Positions 62,469-64,000 of a stretch of DNA of 64,000 nucleotides are shown one piece after another. The stretch lies in the NCBI GenBank assembly GCA_022072615.1, contig JAJVHS010000001.1:47713-111712 (forward strand), written 5' to 3'. The notes below the pieces were generated by a model, which worked only from the letters and a program-made list of their open reading frames with translations, did no database searches and was not told the DNA's origin. The stretch is from Phycisphaerales bacterium. GTDB taxonomy: Bacteria; Planctomycetota; Phycisphaerae; Phycisphaerales; UBA1924. The stretch's first letter is position 1; each line of letters begins with the position of its first letter. The position numbers and the translations under genes were made by a program.

Positions 62469-63146
62469 ATGAAATTGGCAATGGCAGTTGCAGCACTGGC
62501 GCTTGCTGCGGGCACCGCCAGCGCGCAGTACGTGCTCCGCGGCGAGATGAACGGCTGGGGCGGCGGCGGGGACATCCCGTTTGTTGACATGGGCGGCGGC
62601 AAGTTCACCGCCGTGGCCACCGGCCTCACCCCCGGCGCCATGTACGAGTTCAAGGCCACCACCCCCGACTGGTCGTTCAACGGTCCGGGCTCCAACGCGA
62701 AGGCGATGGCCAACGCCTCGGGCGTGCTGACCGTCAACTGGTTCCCCAGTTCGTCGTGGTCCGACGGCTGGATGCCCGATGCCCGCGTCCGCGTCGGCTA
62801 CGAGGATTCCGGCCTGCACGGCTGGGACCTCATGGGCAGCGTCAACGGCTGGTCTTCGCCCTTCGGCACGCTCGCCGGCGTCGGCGGCGGCGTCTACGCG
62901 ACGACCATCAGCGTCGCCCCCGGCAGCTACGAGTTCAAGTTCCGCAAGGAAGGCGACTGGGCGATCAGCATCGGCGGCGACTTCGGCAATTCGGCTGACA
63001 ACGCCACGTTCTCGGCCGGCGCCCTGCCGCTGAAGTTCGAGCTCGATCTTCCCAACGGCCGCTGGCGCGTGACGGAAGTTCCGGCCCCCGGCGCCCTGGC
63101 GCTCACGGGCCTCGCCGGCCTGGCCGCGCTGCGCCGCCGCCGCTGA
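62469..63146 (+). CDS. secreted tandem carbohydrate-binding-module-like protein with PEP-CTERM-like tail
   Basis: Signal peptide MKLAMAVAALALAAGTASA. Two about 90-aa repeats with an (E/S)(M/V)NGW(G/S) motif (LRGEMNGWGG / LMGSVNGWSS) and (Y)EFK(A/F), as in starch/glycogen-binding beta-sandwich modules. Tail VPAPGALALTGLAGLAALRRRR. Confidence 0.7.
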   Translation: MKLAMAVAALALAAGTASAQYVLRGEMNGWGGGGDIPFVDMGGGKFTAVATGLTPGAMYEFKATTPDWSFNGPGSNAKAMANASGVLTVNWFPSSSWSDGWMPDARVRVGYEDSGLHGWDLMGSVNGWSSPFGTLAGVGGGVYATTISVAPGSYEFKFRKEGDWAISIGGDFGNSADNATFSAGALPLKFELDLPNGRWRVTEVPAPGALALTGLAGLAALRRRR

Positions 63147-63177
63147 GCCGTTCTGATCCCGCGTTGTTCATTACTCC

Positions 63178-63207
63178 AGAACCCGGCCTTGCGGCCGGGT
63201 TTTTTCA
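63178..63207 (+). terminator. rho-independent terminator
   Basis: aacccggcc-ttgc-ggccgggtt followed by ttttt. Confidence 0.8.
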
Positions 63208-63245
63208 TGCGATCCGGGCGCCGCGATCAACCTGGTCGATGGGCA

Positions 63246-63283
63246 TCAAACAAACGGGCGGAGCCTTTTCGGCCCCGCCCGTG
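63246..63283 (-). terminator. rho-independent terminator after the partial gene at the window end
   Basis: Minus strand acgggcggggcc-gaaaa-ggctccgcccgt followed by ttgtttg. Confidence 0.55.
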
Positions 63284-63314
63284 TCGCAGCGTGTTCATCA
63301 ATGTCGACGGCGGA

Positions 63315-64000
63315 TCAGCACGCGTGCTCGAACGCCGTGACGAAGGCCGTGAAGTCGTCCGTGTCGACGAACCCGGTGCCGTCGAAGTCGGCGGCCGGGT
63401 CGCCGGCCTCGAAGGCGGCGACGAAGGAGCCATGATCCTCGAGGTCCACAAAGCCCGAGCAGTCAAAGTCGGCCGGGCAGAGGAACTTGAGGCTCACGCT
63501 GCACTCGATGCGGCCGGACTTGATGTCAGGGCCCGGGGTGGTGAAGGTGGACACATCGAGGCCCGAATCGACGGTGTAGACGCCGGGCTGGAGAACGCCG
63601 GTCACGCGCGTGCTCGCCACGCCGGGGAGCGCCCGGGCGAGCGAGGCCACGGCCCCCTCCGCGCCCGCGAGCGTGACGCTGGAGGTGACCGTCGTGCCCG
63701 CGCCGTTGACGGTGATCTTGAGCGAGGCATCGAAGCTGAAACGCGTGGGCGCATCGACCCGGAACTGCGAGCGCAGCTGGCCGGTGGCGGTCCCCATCGC
63801 GATGCCCGGCGACGGGCACGCGACCGTTTCCTCGGTGACGAAGCTGGCGGTGTAGCCCGTGGGGGTCAGCGAGGAAATCTGCGACGAGTGGGTGGTCGCC
63901 TTCTGCTTTCCGAGCTGGAGGTAGCGGTCGAGCACCCGGTTGAAGTTGGTCAGCGTCTCGGAATGCGCATTGTCCGAGTCGAACGCCGAGGAGTACGACA
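63315..64000 (-). CDS. protein with Cys-terminal dockerin-like tail (N-terminal part outside window)
   Basis: The minus frame stays open to base 64000 (..SYSSAFDSDNAHSETLTNFNRVLDRY..). C-terminus CPADFDCSGFVDLEDHGSFVAAFEAGDPAADFDGTGFVDTDDFTAFVTAFEHAC. Confidence 0.7.
   Translation of the reverse strand, partial: SYSSAFDSDNAHSETLTNFNRVLDRYLQLGKQKATTHSSQISSLTPTGYTASFVTEETVACPSPGIAMGTATGQLRSQFRVDAPTRFSFDASLKITVNGAGTTVTSSVTLAGAEGAVASLARALPGVASTRVTGVLQPGVYTVDSGLDVSTFTTPGPDIKSGRIECSVSLKFLCPADFDCSGFVDLEDHGSFVAAFEAGDPAADFDGTGFVDTDDFTAFVTAFEHAC
63318..63479 (-). other. duplicated EF-hand/dockerin-like C-terminal module ending in Cys (tail D)
   Basis: See the CDS entry. The second half-repeat is nearly identical to those of tails B and C. 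Confidence 0.8.

Noticed and set aside
60084-62819. 911-aa minus-strand ORF opposite ftsI
   Set aside because: The plus frame contains SxxK, SxN and KSG in the correct order. The minus frame is an Arg-rich shadow.

Overview
Very GC-rich 64-kb chromosomal segment (about two-thirds G+C or more by eye) with strong GC3 codon bias. Nearly every real gene therefore carries a long Arg/Ala/Pro-rich shadow ORF on the opposite strand. I call about 50 protein genes, 2 tRNAs, several hairpin terminators and a few sigma70-like promoters. I found no rRNA, CRISPR array, transposase, integrase or prophage signature. Housekeeping genes: mutY (partial), gatB, tig, tag, a polyprenyl synthase, the tRNA-Thr/tuf/rpmG/tRNA-Trp/secE/nusG block, ruvX, phoH plus a 7TM-HD hydrolase, and rsmH/ftsL-like/ftsI. 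These are interleaved with many secreted or surface proteins carrying one of two C-terminal tails. (a) Five proteins end in a PEP-CTERM-like signal, (V/I)PxP(G/A), a hydrophobic helix, then RRRR. (b) Four proteins end in a duplicated EF-hand/dockerin-like module whose last residue is always Cys; this matches what I recall RefSeq naming GC-type dockerin domain-anchored proteins. Three of class (b) sit side by side at 46.6-55.7 kb: a reprolysin-like protease with TSP3-like repeats and an NHL propeller, a large protein with a probable Ig-like region, and a 1218-aa glycine-rich protein built from four tandem modules with an exact 258-aa period. Other notable items are two ECF sigma/anti-sigma pairs each divergent from a PEP-CTERM-like gene, a heptanucleotide tandem-repeat family at two loci, a PhoR/PhoB-like two-component system next to a long lower-GC leader and two tandem porin paralogs, and a short dcw block with a LysM gene inserted. 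The tail types, the SecE extension and the base composition suggest Planctomycetota (Phycisphaerae-like); that is inference only. All calls come from reading the translations, so no database search was run and start codons are often uncertain.
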